A stretch of DNA of 64,000 nt, taken from the NCBI GenBank assembly GCA_963677595.1, contig OY782041.1:1120001-1184000 (forward strand), in the 5' to 3' direction. Each line of letters starts with the position of its first letter. Within the stretch, counting starts at the first letter, position 1. The position numbers were made by a program, and so were the translations under genes. The DNA is from Spirochaetia bacterium. GTDB lineage: Bacteria; Spirochaetota; Spirochaetia; CAKZLE01. The notes under the pieces were generated by a model. The model ran no database searches. It was not told the origin of the DNA and worked only from the letters and a program-made list of their open reading frames with translations. Below, piece by piece: positions 9,109 through 18,979 of the stretch.

Positions 9109-10272
9109 TCACCCCCGGACCAACCTGTTCAGTCTCTCCGAGAAAATGAACTGCATCCCGATGAGCACGCTGATCAGTATGGGGAGCATGAAAGCACCCG
9201 TATGATCGATGAGCACTCCCATCACCGGGGGCACTGCCGCTGCCCCGATATACGCGAACCCCATCTGCAGGCCGATGACCTTCTGGGAGTTCTCCACCCC
9301 GAACCGGACCGGGGTCTCATGCAGCATCGCCGGGAAGACCGGGGCGAATCCCAGGCCTATGAGGACCAGGAGGAACCCGGTGAGTACGGGAGGGAGCGGT
9401 ATCATGAGGAGGAGTCCTCCCGCTATGGCGATGACCAGGCCCAGCCTGATCATCTGGGGGTTGGTCAGCCTGAACGAGAAGAACCCGGAGAGGAACCTCC
9501 CGATCGTGATCCCCCCGTAGTACATGGACATCCAGAGCGCTGCGGCCTCGACGGAATACCCGCGCTCGAGGCTGAGGAAGCTGCTCCCCCACAAGCCGAC
9601 CCCCACTTCCGCTGCACAGTAGCAGGCCATGACGACAAGGGCTGCAGGGACTCCCGGGATCCGGAAGGCCGGCCGTCCTGACGGCGTACCCGCATTCTCT
9701 AGTACGTGATGGCTCACCTCCGGCTTATGCCGTTTCCAGAGCGGGAGGCTCAGCAGCAACAGTACTGCCATGCTGAGCTGGATGATCCCGATCAGGCGGT
9801 ACCCCGACTGCCAGGTCCGGCTCACGATCATGGAACCCATGATCAAAGGACCTACCGTCGCCCCCACCCCCCAGAAGGAGTGGAGCCAGTTCATGTGGTG
9901 GGCCTTGAAATGCATGGCTACGTAGTTGTTCAGTGCGGCATCGACGGCACCCCCGCCGAGCCCGAGGGGGATTGCCAGGGGTATCATCCAGTAGAATGAC
10001 GGGACCAGTGAGATCCCCAGGAGGGAAGAGCCAGTCATGAAGCAGCTGATGAAGACGATCCTGCCGGTCCCGACCTTGCTGATGAGCGCGGCGCTGGTCA
10101 GGCTCGATATGATCGTCCCGATCGTGATGACGATCGAGATCGTGCCGAAGAAGCTGACGGGAGTCCCCCAGGCTAGGTGGATGGCAGGGATCGCAGCCCC
10201 GAGGACTGCATCAGGCAGCCCGAGGCTGATGAATGCAAGATAGATGATGCCAAGCAGCAGCAGTGTGATCAT
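9109..10272 (-). CDS. MFS transporter (fucose permease-like)
   Basis: ~12 hydrophobic segments; LGLPD, GAVDAALN, HSFWGVGA. Confidence 0.88.
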   Translation of the reverse strand: MITLLLLGIIYLAFISLGLPDAVLGAAIPAIHLAWGTPVSFFGTISIVITIGTIISSLTSAALISKVGTGRIVFISCFMTGSSLLGISLVPSFYWMIPLAIPLGLGGGAVDAALNNYVAMHFKAHHMNWLHSFWGVGATVGPLIMGSMIVSRTWQSGYRLIGIIQLSMAVLLLLSLPLWKRHKPEVSHHVLENAGTPSGRPAFRIPGVPAALVVMACYCAAEVGVGLWGSSFLSLERGYSVEAAALWMSMYYGGITIGRFLSGFFSFRLTNPQMIRLGLVIAIAGGLLLMIPLPPVLTGFLLVLIGLGFAPVFPAMLHETPVRFGVENSQKVIGLQMGFAYIGAAAVPPVMGVLIDHTGAFMLPILISVLIGMQFIFSERLNRLVRG

Positions 10273-10281
10273 GTCGTCCCC

Positions 10282-11298
10282 CTATGTCCTCTCAATGAGC
10301 CTGTACTTACATGAGAGTTCCTGCATAGCCAGGTACGTGAGGCCGGCAACGAAACTGTCATGGATATCTTCCTCGAACAGGATCTCAGGGACCTGGGACC
10401 CCTGCCTGGATGCTGCAGTCAAGGCCACGATCCGCTGCTTCAATGCCGGGTTGAAGAATATCCCGGTGAGCATGACTCGTGCGGGATTGACCACACAGTT
10501 CAGGGCAAGGACCATGTGGGAAGCCAATGCGGCAAAAGCATCCATATCTTCCTGCACCTGAGCCTGGTTGAGGCCTTCGAGGCCCGGCAGGTATGAGAGT
10601 TCGCCGGCAAAGTCGGCATATCCTCGGATGAGCTGCCCGTTGATGATGATCCCGGAGCCGGCACCCCCAGCCTCCGGGTAGTAGATATAGGCGAAACTCT
10701 CTGACGGGTCCTCACCCAACGACACATACTGCCCAAGGGCAGTAGCATTCACGTCATTCTCCGCGATAGCCGGAATACCGTACCGGTCACTGAGGTAGTC
10801 AACGATCCCGATCGTGGGGAATGATGCGATATCGCAGGTCATGATCCTGCCGTCATGGACGATGCCGGGAATGCCCAATGCCAGGACACGTATCGACGGG
10901 TAGGCGACCAGGGCCTGCCCGATCACCTTGTCCAACTCTTCGAGACCCAGGGCCGTACCATGGACGATCTCAGTGGCTGCCGTCCTCCCGAGTGCATCCA
11001 CGACCTGGGAGAAGAGGATCTGCCGTTCACCCTCCTTACGCAGGTAGATCAGGAGGGCATGGAAATGATCGGGGTTGTAGGAGAACTGCTTCGAGGGTCG
11101 TCCCCCGGTGGAGTCAGCCGGTTCGACCTCAAACACCTCCCCAGACTGGAGGAGGTCGGTGATGATGTTCTTGCAGGTCGCCACGCTCAAGCCTGACTGT
11201 TCCGCAAGCACGTTGTGCGTGACACTCCCCTGCTGTCTCATGATATCCCGTATCAGGTCCGTATGGATCTTTCGTAAACGCTGTGTATTCCCTACCAC
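10282..11298 (-). CDS. ROK family transcriptional regulator
   Basis: N-terminal HTH (SGLSVATC), STGGRP, ENDVN, GSGIIING...AGEL. Confidence 0.88.
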   Translation of the reverse strand: MVGNTQRLRKIHTDLIRDIMRQQGSVTHNVLAEQSGLSVATCKNIITDLLQSGEVFEVEPADSTGGRPSKQFSYNPDHFHALLIYLRKEGERQILFSQVVDALGRTAATEIVHGTALGLEELDKVIGQALVAYPSIRVLALGIPGIVHDGRIMTCDIASFPTIGIVDYLSDRYGIPAIAENDVNATALGQYVSLGEDPSESFAYIYYPEAGGAGSGIIINGQLIRGYADFAGELSYLPGLEGLNQAQVQEDMDAFAALASHMVLALNCVVNPARVMLTGIFFNPALKQRIVALTAASRQGSQVPEILFEEDIHDSFVAGLTYLAMQELSCKYRLIERT

Positions 11299-11427
11299 TT
11301 TAGTTACCTCTTAACGTAAGTAGTATATAAAGAGACCTGACCCAAGTCAAGTGTCTTCAGGACCATAGCATTCAAACCGATTCAAGGGTATACTTCTCTC
11401 TATGTATACCACAGTGAACAGGAGGAA

Positions 11428-11802
11428 ATGTACATGAAGTTCATCTGGACTACCATCAACGTCAAGGACCTTGAGCAGTCGCTGGCATTCTACACGGAGG
11501 TCATCGGCTTGGAGGTGAACCGGCGGTTCACCCCCATGGAGGGGAATGAGATCGCCTTCCTCGGGAAGGAGGAGACCCAGGTCGAGCTGATCGCCAACAC
11601 GAAGAATCCCGACCCAGTGTACGGCAGGGACATCTCCCTGGGGTTCGAGGTGGAATCCCTCGAGGAGACCATGGCCATGCTCGAGGCTAAGGGGATAGCG
11701 ATCGCTGCCGGCCCCTTCCAGCCTGCACCGTACATCAGGTTCCTGTATGTAGTAGATCCCAACGGGCTGCGGGTACAGCTAGTGGAGAACATAGCCCCTT
11801 AG
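11428..11802 (+). CDS. VOC/glyoxalase family protein
   Basis: INVKDLEQSLAFYTEVIG and DPNGLRVQL; AGGAGG RBS. Confidence 0.88.
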   Translation: MYMKFIWTTINVKDLEQSLAFYTEVIGLEVNRRFTPMEGNEIAFLGKEETQVELIANTKNPDPVYGRDISLGFEVESLEETMAMLEAKGIAIAAGPFQPAPYIRFLYVVDPNGLRVQLVENIAP

Positions 11803-11987
11803 ACAGATCCTGGACCTCCGCTGTAGTGATGTGAACGATAGCGCGGAATATGGTGCATACGGCCCCTTGGGTTCAGCAGTCTCATCTGTGATGTGGTATA
11901 CTGTCAACACCAACCACTGCACTGACTGATCTGAAGCCCGAACATGATCACCTACTGGAAGAATTCATGTACAAGGAGCTGCAAGCT

Positions 11988-12683
11988 ATGTCAAAGACCA
12001 GATGGATCCTGACCATTCTCCTCATATGCCTCGATATCACGTCCCTGTATGCATACCAGATGGTGTATACCCCCGATTCGAGTTTCAACTACACCATCGA
12101 GAACGGGGAGGTGACCATTGACCTCTTCACCGGGACCGAGGATGACGTGCGGATCCCCCCGACCATCGAGGGGTATCCCGTCACCGCCCTCGGGGATATC
12201 GTCTTCGCCGCGAATGAGGAGGTCGTCATCGTCACCATCCCCGAGGGGGTGAGATCGATCGGGTACGGGGCCTTCCTGTTCTGTGAAGGACTGCGGGAAG
12301 TCAACCTGCCCGACTCGCTCACTGTCCTGGGAGAAGAGGCGTTCGGGAACTGCACGGACCTGCCGAAGATTCGATTACCCGACGGGGTGACCGCGATCGA
12401 GGCGTACACGTTCGCCGAATGCGAGCACCTGGATTTTGTCCGCCTGCCTGGGAACCTCAGATCGATCGGGTCACAGGCGTTCCTGGCCTGCAGGGACCTG
12501 GACCAGATCCTGATACCCCGGAGTGTCGAGACGATCGCAGCCGATGCATTCCTCTACTGTGATATCGACTATTTCTACTGCGAGGCTCCCGAGAAGCCTG
12601 CGGGCTGGGCAGAGAGCTGGGCAGAGGACGGGCTGAGTTTCTCATACGGCACGAAGATCATCTGGGGCTATGAGCGGCAGTGA
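11988..12683 (+). CDS. Secreted BspA-type leucine-rich repeat protein
   Basis: Signal peptide; repeats of IPEGVRSIGYGAFLFC / LPDSLTVLGEEAFGNC / LPGNLRSIGSQAFLAC. Confidence 0.88.
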   Translation: MSKTRWILTILLICLDITSLYAYQMVYTPDSSFNYTIENGEVTIDLFTGTEDDVRIPPTIEGYPVTALGDIVFAANEEVVIVTIPEGVRSIGYGAFLFCEGLREVNLPDSLTVLGEEAFGNCTDLPKIRLPDGVTAIEAYTFAECEHLDFVRLPGNLRSIGSQAFLACRDLDQILIPRSVETIAADAFLYCDIDYFYCEAPEKPAGWAESWAEDGLSFSYGTKIIWGYERQ

Positions 12684-12713
12684 GCTTCCTGTCCATTCCC
12701 TTGATGGGAATCC

Positions 12714-13232
12714 TCATGCCGGGTCTCCCGGCATGCTATCGGGGAACCTGAGCTGCAGGTGTATGTTCCCGTTCCCCGATACCCTCTGGTCTTCTCTGAA
12801 GCCGAACTTCCTATAGTACTCGACGAGGTGCTGCCCTTTATCATTGATCCATTCGGTGTCGAGGGCAAGCCCGGCCAGTCCCTGCTTCCGGGCGGACTCA
12901 ATCAATGCCTCCAGGATGCTCGTCCCGGTCCCCCGGCCGGGGACCATGACGGCAAGCGTATCGATGAAGACCATCCCCGGTAGTGCATCCGCATAGACCA
13001 GGAGCACAGCTTCAGGCCTGTTCCCATCGTAGAGGAAGAGACCCTCGAACCCTGCTTTTCTTTCCCGTTCGGCAAGCTCCCCTTCCGTGTAGACCAGCTC
13101 CCTGCCGAAGCTCTTCCGGTCGATCCGGGAGAAATCCTTCAGCAGTGCATCATCCCACCTCCTGAAGCAGCGGGTCCGCAGGTGCGTCCCCTGCATCTCC
13201 AGGATACGGGCAGTCTCCTCGAGGATCGTCAT
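12714..13232 (-). CDS. GNAT family N-acetyltransferase
   Basis: IDTLAV..GRGTGTSILE acetyl-CoA motif, YYRKFGF. Confidence 0.82.
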   Translation of the reverse strand: MTILEETARILEMQGTHLRTRCFRRWDDALLKDFSRIDRKSFGRELVYTEGELAERERKAGFEGLFLYDGNRPEAVLLVYADALPGMVFIDTLAVMVPGRGTGTSILEALIESARKQGLAGLALDTEWINDKGQHLVEYYRKFGFREDQRVSGNGNIHLQLRFPDSMPGDPA

Positions 13233-14218
13233 AAGCCGTACCGGGCGGCGGCAGAGTCGATCAGGGCCCCGACCAGGGAATCGTAGTCGTAGCCTGCCCT
13301 GAAGGCCATGAGGGTGTAGAAGGAGAAATCCTTCACCGATTCATCATAGTCTATCCCCGGCAGCGGGTTGATCTCGAGGAACCAGATCCGTCCTGCATGG
13401 TCGACCCGGAAGTCGAGGCGGGCGAAATCGCGGATCTTCAGGACCCGGCAGATCCTGACGGCATACTCTTCCAGGGACTGTTCGAGCTCCTCGTCTATGC
13501 GGGCGGGACAGATATAGTTCTCCAGGTCGTCATAGACGGTCTTGGCGATCTGTCCGAACACATTGCCGGCCCCATCCGGCATGCGTGAGAAATCGACCTC
13601 GAGGATGGGGAAGACCTCTACCGGTGAGTCAGGACGCACCAGCACCCCGATACTGAACTCTCTGCCGCTGATGAAGCCTTCCACGAGGATCTCCCGGGCA
13701 TACTGGCTGAACATGAGTCCTGCCTTCCGTAAGAATCCCTCCCGGTCATACACCACATTGTCCGCGTTGATGCCGATGGAGGATCCCTCCATATTGGGCT
13801 TCAGGATTACCGGGAAGGCCGGGTCGAGCCTCTTGGCCTCTGCCAGTGATGAGATCACCTGGTGGTCAGGGGTATCAAGGCCTTCGGCCCTGACGAAGAG
13901 CTTGGTCCAGCCCTTGTTGAGGCATACGGCCAGCGTCCCGGGACCTGACCCGATATAGGGGATCCCGAGCATCTCGAGGATCGCCGGTATATGGGACTCC
14001 CGGCTTTCGCCCCGCAGGCCTTCCGACCGGTTGAAGACGAGGTCAGGCCTGACCCGCTTCAGTTCCTCCGCCACCTGCTCATCCGCCTCGATGAACACAT
14101 ACTCATACCCGGCAGCCTCGATACCGTGCCGTACCAGCTCGATCGTGTGGGGAGGGTCGAACTCGACCTGGAATTCGTCCTCCTCGTGCCTCGTGTTCAG
14201 GACCAGTGCTATCTTCAT
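13229..14218 (-). CDS. D-Ala-D-Ala ligase-like ATP-grasp enzyme
   Basis: LEMLGIPYIGS, KPNMEGSSIGI, EGFISGREF, RLDFR, LEINPLPG; lacks the canonical Ddl GGxSxE N-terminus. Confidence 0.88.
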   Translation of the reverse strand: MKIALVLNTRHEEDEFQVEFDPPHTIELVRHGIEAAGYEYVFIEADEQVAEELKRVRPDLVFNRSEGLRGESRESHIPAILEMLGIPYIGSGPGTLAVCLNKGWTKLFVRAEGLDTPDHQVISSLAEAKRLDPAFPVILKPNMEGSSIGINADNVVYDREGFLRKAGLMFSQYAREILVEGFISGREFSIGVLVRPDSPVEVFPILEVDFSRMPDGAGNVFGQIAKTVYDDLENYICPARIDEELEQSLEEYAVRICRVLKIRDFARLDFRVDHAGRIWFLEINPLPGIDYDESVKDFSFYTLMAFRAGYDYDSLVGALIDSAAARYGL

Positions 14219-15621
14219 ATTCCCTCGTATAACCTCATGAAATGGTCGATCTCCTCGGTGTAGATCCTCTTCAGGTCAACACCGAGCTCCACAGGAACAG
14301 AGATCGCCGGATACTGCCTCACGAACCGGGCAAGCAGTTCCCCCTCCCTATCCCGTGCTTCTTCTGCAAGCGCTGAGGTCTTGAACCGCTCCACCAGCGG
14401 GTCTTCTGCCCCGAACCGGGCTGCACAATGGAAGGCGAAGAGCTGCTCATCCCTGGCAAGTCCCGTCCGGGCATAGGGGAATCCCGACTCCCCGCCGAAG
14501 ATGGGGAAGAACCTGAGCTGCTCTTCGGTCAGCATGGACCGCTTGAAGCCTACAGCGGCTGGGTCCACGCCCCCGCCGAGGCACATCAGGTACATCTTGG
14601 CACAGATGGAGCACTCGTGGCACCACCGGTCATGCTTTCCGGCCTCCCCTTCTGCGAAGCAGCTCATCTGGTACTTCGCATATGCAGGGTAGCGCCTGAC
14701 GAGCATCCGCTGGATCATCATATCCATGAGGGGCTCGATCAGGCTCCCTGTCCTGACAGGATCCTCTCCTGTCAACGATGCGGTCATCGCGTCGATATGG
14801 CCTGTCCAGAGGTGGGTCTGGTCATAACAGGGATAGACCGTCCACCTCCCGGATGCATCCCGGTAGGAGGACCCTGCCGACTGCTCGTTCCCGAATAAGA
14901 TGTACCCTGCCCCAAATGCCCTGGCATAGGGGAGCATCATCAGGGCATACTCCGTGGACTGCAGGCCCCAGCCGTACTCATCCTTCCCTGTCCCGAGGTG
15001 TTCATCATCCCTGAGCAGACCGGTACTGTGTTCCAGGATGTTCAGGTCCTTCCCGAACTCCTTCAGGAACTCTTCTGCCAGGACCTCCTTGTGGGCTCGT
15101 TCCTGGGAGAAGCCCGGCTCATCCACGAAGACCGGGACTGGATCGAGCCCGAGCTCCTCACTGAGTGCGAAGGTCAGCAGCGAATCCTTGCCGAAGGAGA
15201 GCGGGACCAGCGCCTTCACCGGCCTGCCCGCTTTACCAGACGGCCAGGGAGCCGGAAGCCGCATGCGCCCAACATCGAAGCTGAAGGAGAGCTCCAGGAA
15301 CCGCTGAGTCTCACCAGCGATGTCGATACCGTCCATGTCGCAGCAGGAGGGGATGTCACGGAGGAAGTTCTGGAGGAAGTAGGGTTCGAAGAAGGGACGC
15401 CCCGAATGGAAGTGCAGTCCCTTCACACCCTTCAGTTTCATGGGCAGGTGCATGGCGGCTGCATAGGAGAGGTTGTCGAGCAGCAGCAGCTTCACCGCTT
15501 CCGGGACAGCTTCCCAGATCTCCTGCGGGTATGCTATATGGTAGGATCTGCCCCTGAATGTGAGGCATATCCCCTGCCTGGTCAGGGAGGGGAAGAGCTC
15601 AAGTCGTCCTCCCCTACTCAT
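14215..15621 (-). CDS. MurL-like ATP-dependent peptide epimerase (PP-loop, Cys-rich C-terminus)
   Basis: ALVPLSFGKDS PP-loop, FGNEQSA, SLIEPL, SC, RWCHECSIC follow the order of recalled MurL motifs (GGGKDS, FSNERSA, SLLRPL, RWCxxCPKC). Confidence 0.65.
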   Translation of the reverse strand: MSRGGRLELFPSLTRQGICLTFRGRSYHIAYPQEIWEAVPEAVKLLLLDNLSYAAAMHLPMKLKGVKGLHFHSGRPFFEPYFLQNFLRDIPSCCDMDGIDIAGETQRFLELSFSFDVGRMRLPAPWPSGKAGRPVKALVPLSFGKDSLLTFALSEELGLDPVPVFVDEPGFSQERAHKEVLAEEFLKEFGKDLNILEHSTGLLRDDEHLGTGKDEYGWGLQSTEYALMMLPYARAFGAGYILFGNEQSAGSSYRDASGRWTVYPCYDQTHLWTGHIDAMTASLTGEDPVRTGSLIEPLMDMMIQRMLVRRYPAYAKYQMSCFAEGEAGKHDRWCHECSICAKMYLMCLGGGVDPAAVGFKRSMLTEEQLRFFPIFGGESGFPYARTGLARDEQLFAFHCAARFGAEDPLVERFKTSALAEEARDREGELLARFVRQYPAISVPVELGVDLKRIYTEEIDHFMRLYEGI

Positions 15622-16796
15622 GACGACTGCTTCCCTGTGATGACCGCGACATACCGGTCTCCCGGGAGGTGCTCGGCATGATGGAGGTTGATCAGGGCGA
15701 GGAGCCCTGCCGTGGATGCCGGCAGCACCAGCAGCCCGTCGGTCTCCTTGAGCATCTTCGCAGCCGACTTCATCGCCTTGTCGGAGACATAGGAGGCAGA
15801 CCCGTTGCTGTCATAGATCGCCTTCAGCGCCTCATCCCCGTCGATGGAGTGCCAGTTGATCAGGGGCTCGTTGATGGGGGTCTCCTTGACCGAACCGGGT
15901 TTGAGGTCCCGACACTCATTGTGCTTCCGCAGGAACGAGTCGATGATAGGGTTCTTCCGGTAAGAGGAACCGGCTATGATGCGCGGGATCCTCGAGGTCT
16001 TGCATCGCCTGTAGAGGCTCAGGAATCCCATGTAGATCCCGGCAAGGGCTGTCCCGTTGGAGACAGGCACCCCGACCGCCGCAGGTGCGTCCCTGAGTTC
16101 GTCATAGATCTCATAGGCGATCTGGGCATAGGCCTCCATCTGGAGGACCGTGTTCCGTCCCCCGGGGTTTGCATCGTAGATGTCATCCCGCTCGGAGCGG
16201 TTATGGGACTCCTGGCAGGCCTCCTCATAGTCGGAGCCTGCGAAGATGATCTCAGCCCCGTAGCCCTGCATCTCGCTGATCCTGTGGGTGCGGTACCCTG
16301 CCGGGATGTAGATGATGCACCGCAGGCCGGCAAGCCTGCAGGCGAGCGCCATCGCCGCCCCGTAGTTACCGCAGGTAGCCGTCGTCACGGCATCATAGCC
16401 CCGCCTGATGGCATCATGCGCCTGGGCGAAGGCGATCCGGTCCTTGTGGGTGCCCGAGGGGTTTCCCCCCTCGAACTTGAGGTAGAGGTTCCGCAGGTTG
16501 ATCTCCCGCTCGATGTTCCGCCCCCGCGTCAGGGCAGTATCACCGATCTCCCGGTCCATGATGTCGCGGAAGGCCTCGATACGCTCGATGGTCGTCAGGC
16601 TGATGTCAGAGGAGGTCCGTATCTGTTCATTGAGCAGGGGATCGATGGCAGGAGACTGGGAGGTCGCACCGTCCAACAGCGGCTCGCCATCCTCGGAGTC
16701 AGACAAATCAGCGGTACTCGAAGCCCTGAAGGCCGGTGCCGCATTCCCGTTCCCTGACATATTCAGGTTCCGGGTAAACGAAGGGGTACTACCCAT
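15618..16796 (-). CDS. Threonine synthase-like fold-type II PLP enzyme
   Basis: LKFEGGNPSGTHKDR (PLP Lys), ATCGNYG, VPVSNGT, VITG; ~70-aa N-terminal extension, start uncertain. Confidence 0.85.
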   Translation of the reverse strand: MGSTPSFTRNLNMSGNGNAAPAFRASSTADLSDSEDGEPLLDGATSQSPAIDPLLNEQIRTSSDISLTTIERIEAFRDIMDREIGDTALTRGRNIEREINLRNLYLKFEGGNPSGTHKDRIAFAQAHDAIRRGYDAVTTATCGNYGAAMALACRLAGLRCIIYIPAGYRTHRISEMQGYGAEIIFAGSDYEEACQESHNRSERDDIYDANPGGRNTVLQMEAYAQIAYEIYDELRDAPAAVGVPVSNGTALAGIYMGFLSLYRRCKTSRIPRIIAGSSYRKNPIIDSFLRKHNECRDLKPGSVKETPINEPLINWHSIDGDEALKAIYDSNGSASYVSDKAMKSAAKMLKETDGLLVLPASTAGLLALINLHHAEHLPGDRYVAVITGKQSS

Positions 16797-16948
16797 CTTT
16801 GCCTCGTGCGGACAACCTTGAGTCCCTCGAGGGACGTATCCGCTTCACAACAGCTTTGATATACTTCCAAACAAGGTAAAAGTCAAGAGATCCGAGGACT
16901 GTTTGTCTGCAGATTCCTCTCTACTTTTTCCTGCAGGTCCCGACAAGC

Positions 16949-18235
16949 TCACTCGTCCTCGAACAGGAGCTGGTAGTACTTCACCGGGCGGCCCCGCCCG
17001 ATGTGATTGTTCTCGCTGTAGCTGCGTGCACCCCCATGCTCGACGAGCCGGTTGAGCAGCCTGCTGCCTGACCGTACGGTGACCCCCAGGTACTCTGCCA
17101 GCTGGGCTGCCGTGAACTGGTCGGAGCCGGTGACACGGCTGAAGGAGATGATCTTCTGCAGGTTCCCGGAGTCCATGTGGTACCTCTCTGAGAGGGCTAT
17201 GAGCGTATCATCCGGCCGGGTCAGTCCGCGAGGCATCCCCTCCTTACCGAGCGGCCCGATCAGCTCATTGGTCTCCGAGGCGTAATAGCACTCACCCTGG
17301 TCGTTCATGGAGGCATCCAGGGCTATGCGGGCATTGAAGCGTGCCTGGAAGTAGCTGCTGCCGCTGCCGAATCCCAGAAAGACACGGCTCCCGGCCGTCT
17401 CACCCAGCTTCAGGCTGAGGGAGTCACGCCTGAAGTTCCCGGTGAAATCCTGGATGTCCTCGAACCTCGTCAGGATCATCAGGGAGTCACCCTTCAGTTC
17501 CGGGGTGAAGTCATAGCCCCTCAGGCGGGCGATCTCGTTCAGCTCATCCATCACCCGCTTACTGATCCCTGTATCAGAGAAGCCCCAGGTCAGGGCGATC
17601 ACGCCGGGGTGGAAGGAGCCTGTTCTCTTAAGATTCACGGCGATCTGCATGAAGAAGTTCACGATATACTCACGGGAGGGGAAGAGATAGATATATGGGA
17701 TCCCCTCCCGTTCGAGGTCCCTCAGGATGAGCCCATGCTTCGTGATGGAGAGGTCGACCTTTTCCTCGCGATGCAGTCGTATATGGGTGTCGAGCACCCG
17801 GGAAGTGACCGTGTGGAGATCCTCGATCACCACAGGCTCGAGGTGGGGCAGCTGGTCCTCACTGAAAAGCTCCCTGATGCCGAGGTAGTCATTCTCCTTC
17901 ACGGCGAAGTCGATATAGACCCGGCTGAAGTCATAGTCGCGATCTCTCAGGACCAGGGAGAGGAAGACCGCTGACAGGTCCCCTTCGAGCTCGTCGAGAA
18001 TATAGAAGGGCTTCTCAGGGAAGATGGAACGTGAGGAGAGATCGTAGTAGAGGCCGCGGCCGGTGAAGACGAAGCAATCCACCCGGTCAAGGTAGTCCTG
18101 ATAGAGCCTGTGGGGTTCATCCTGTTCATGTACGATGAGATACAGCAGGTTGAGATGGGACTGGAGTTCGCCCTCCAGTCCCTTGATGAACCCAGCCATG
18201 GGCTCTGATGTGATCAGCCCAAGGGTCATGCTCAC
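16949..18235 (-). CDS. Putative transcriptional regulator with C-terminal HTH
   Basis: C-terminal LAEYLGVTVRSGSRLL...GRGRP; degenerate GGDEF-like centre (GFGSG). Confidence 0.65.
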   Translation of the reverse strand: MSMTLGLITSEPMAGFIKGLEGELQSHLNLLYLIVHEQDEPHRLYQDYLDRVDCFVFTGRGLYYDLSSRSIFPEKPFYILDELEGDLSAVFLSLVLRDRDYDFSRVYIDFAVKENDYLGIRELFSEDQLPHLEPVVIEDLHTVTSRVLDTHIRLHREEKVDLSITKHGLILRDLEREGIPYIYLFPSREYIVNFFMQIAVNLKRTGSFHPGVIALTWGFSDTGISKRVMDELNEIARLRGYDFTPELKGDSLMILTRFEDIQDFTGNFRRDSLSLKLGETAGSRVFLGFGSGSSYFQARFNARIALDASMNDQGECYYASETNELIGPLGKEGMPRGLTRPDDTLIALSERYHMDSGNLQKIISFSRVTGSDQFTAAQLAEYLGVTVRSGSRLLNRLVEHGGARSYSENNHIGRGRPVKYYQLLFEDE

Positions 18236-18238
18236 GTC

Positions 18239-18970
18239 CTACTCGTCCCCTGCGGTCTCATCCCCGGGCAGGGCCACGGTGATCTTCCCCTTCTTATAAA
18301 GCCACCTGGATCCGAAATAGGTGATCGGCAGGCAGATCAATACCAGGAATCCCTGCAGCTGGTGTGCCAGCTGCGAGGAGATGATGTAGACCACTATTAC
18401 CAGCAGCGTAGGGACGATGGCTCCAAGGAGCCGCCCCTTGATGATGATCCCGCCGCCGACATGGCTGCTCAGGATCCCCAGCCCCATGGCCCCGAAGAGG
18501 GCCGGCAGGATGTTCGCAGTCGCGACCTGAACCGGTGCTGAGGTGAGGACCGGTTTCAGCGGTACCAGCAGCAGGGTGCCCAGTGCGATGAGCAGGATGG
18601 TGAGCAGGGAGGAGACACTTACCGCGATGGTAGCGATGACATCACCCTTCTCAGTCCCGGGTTCGGCATTCCCCACCTTTTGGGCATTCGCCACGACGGG
18701 GAGCTTGAGGTTGAGGATGTTCCCGGTGATGAAGGTCAGGTAGGCAGAACTCCCCAATACCGGGGTATAGGAGATCACTTCCGAGATCGTGACGGGAATG
18801 AAGATTGCCAGCAGCCCGGTAGCCGCTGTCAGGATGCGCAGGAATCCCGGGAACGTACCGAACACGATACTGATCACGGTCGGGATCCCCAGCATGATCA
18901 GGATAGCCGCGATCGCGCAGGCCCTTCCCAGCCGGTGTATGGAATCAAAATACTCTTTCGTGCTTCTCAT
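18239..18970 (-). CDS. Membrane protein, partner of the DUF5058-like protein
   Basis: Hydrophobic; YLTFITGNILNLKLP motif. Confidence 0.75.
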   Translation of the reverse strand: MRSTKEYFDSIHRLGRACAIAAILIMLGIPTVISIVFGTFPGFLRILTAATGLLAIFIPVTISEVISYTPVLGSSAYLTFITGNILNLKLPVVANAQKVGNAEPGTEKGDVIATIAVSVSSLLTILLIALGTLLLVPLKPVLTSAPVQVATANILPALFGAMGLGILSSHVGGGIIIKGRLLGAIVPTLLVIVVYIISSQLAHQLQGFLVLICLPITYFGSRWLYKKGKITVALPGDETAGDE

Positions 18971-18979
18971 GGCCCCCTC

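Noticed and set aside
11428-11802. Glyoxalase as part of the GRE pathway (hydroxyacetone/methylglyoxal handling)
   Set aside because: Separated by an independent ROK-MFS unit, own promoter, no shared operator seen
13229-14218. Housekeeping ddl or van resistance ligase
   Set aside because: No GGxSxE N-terminal motif, no vanH/vanX neighbours, atypical operon context
15669-16757. Long antisense ORFs (362 aa here; also 8207-9094, 21047-21904, 26317-27252, 58523-59524)
   Set aside because: They mirror well-supported genes; expected stop-codon scarcity from GC-rich codon bias; no motifs
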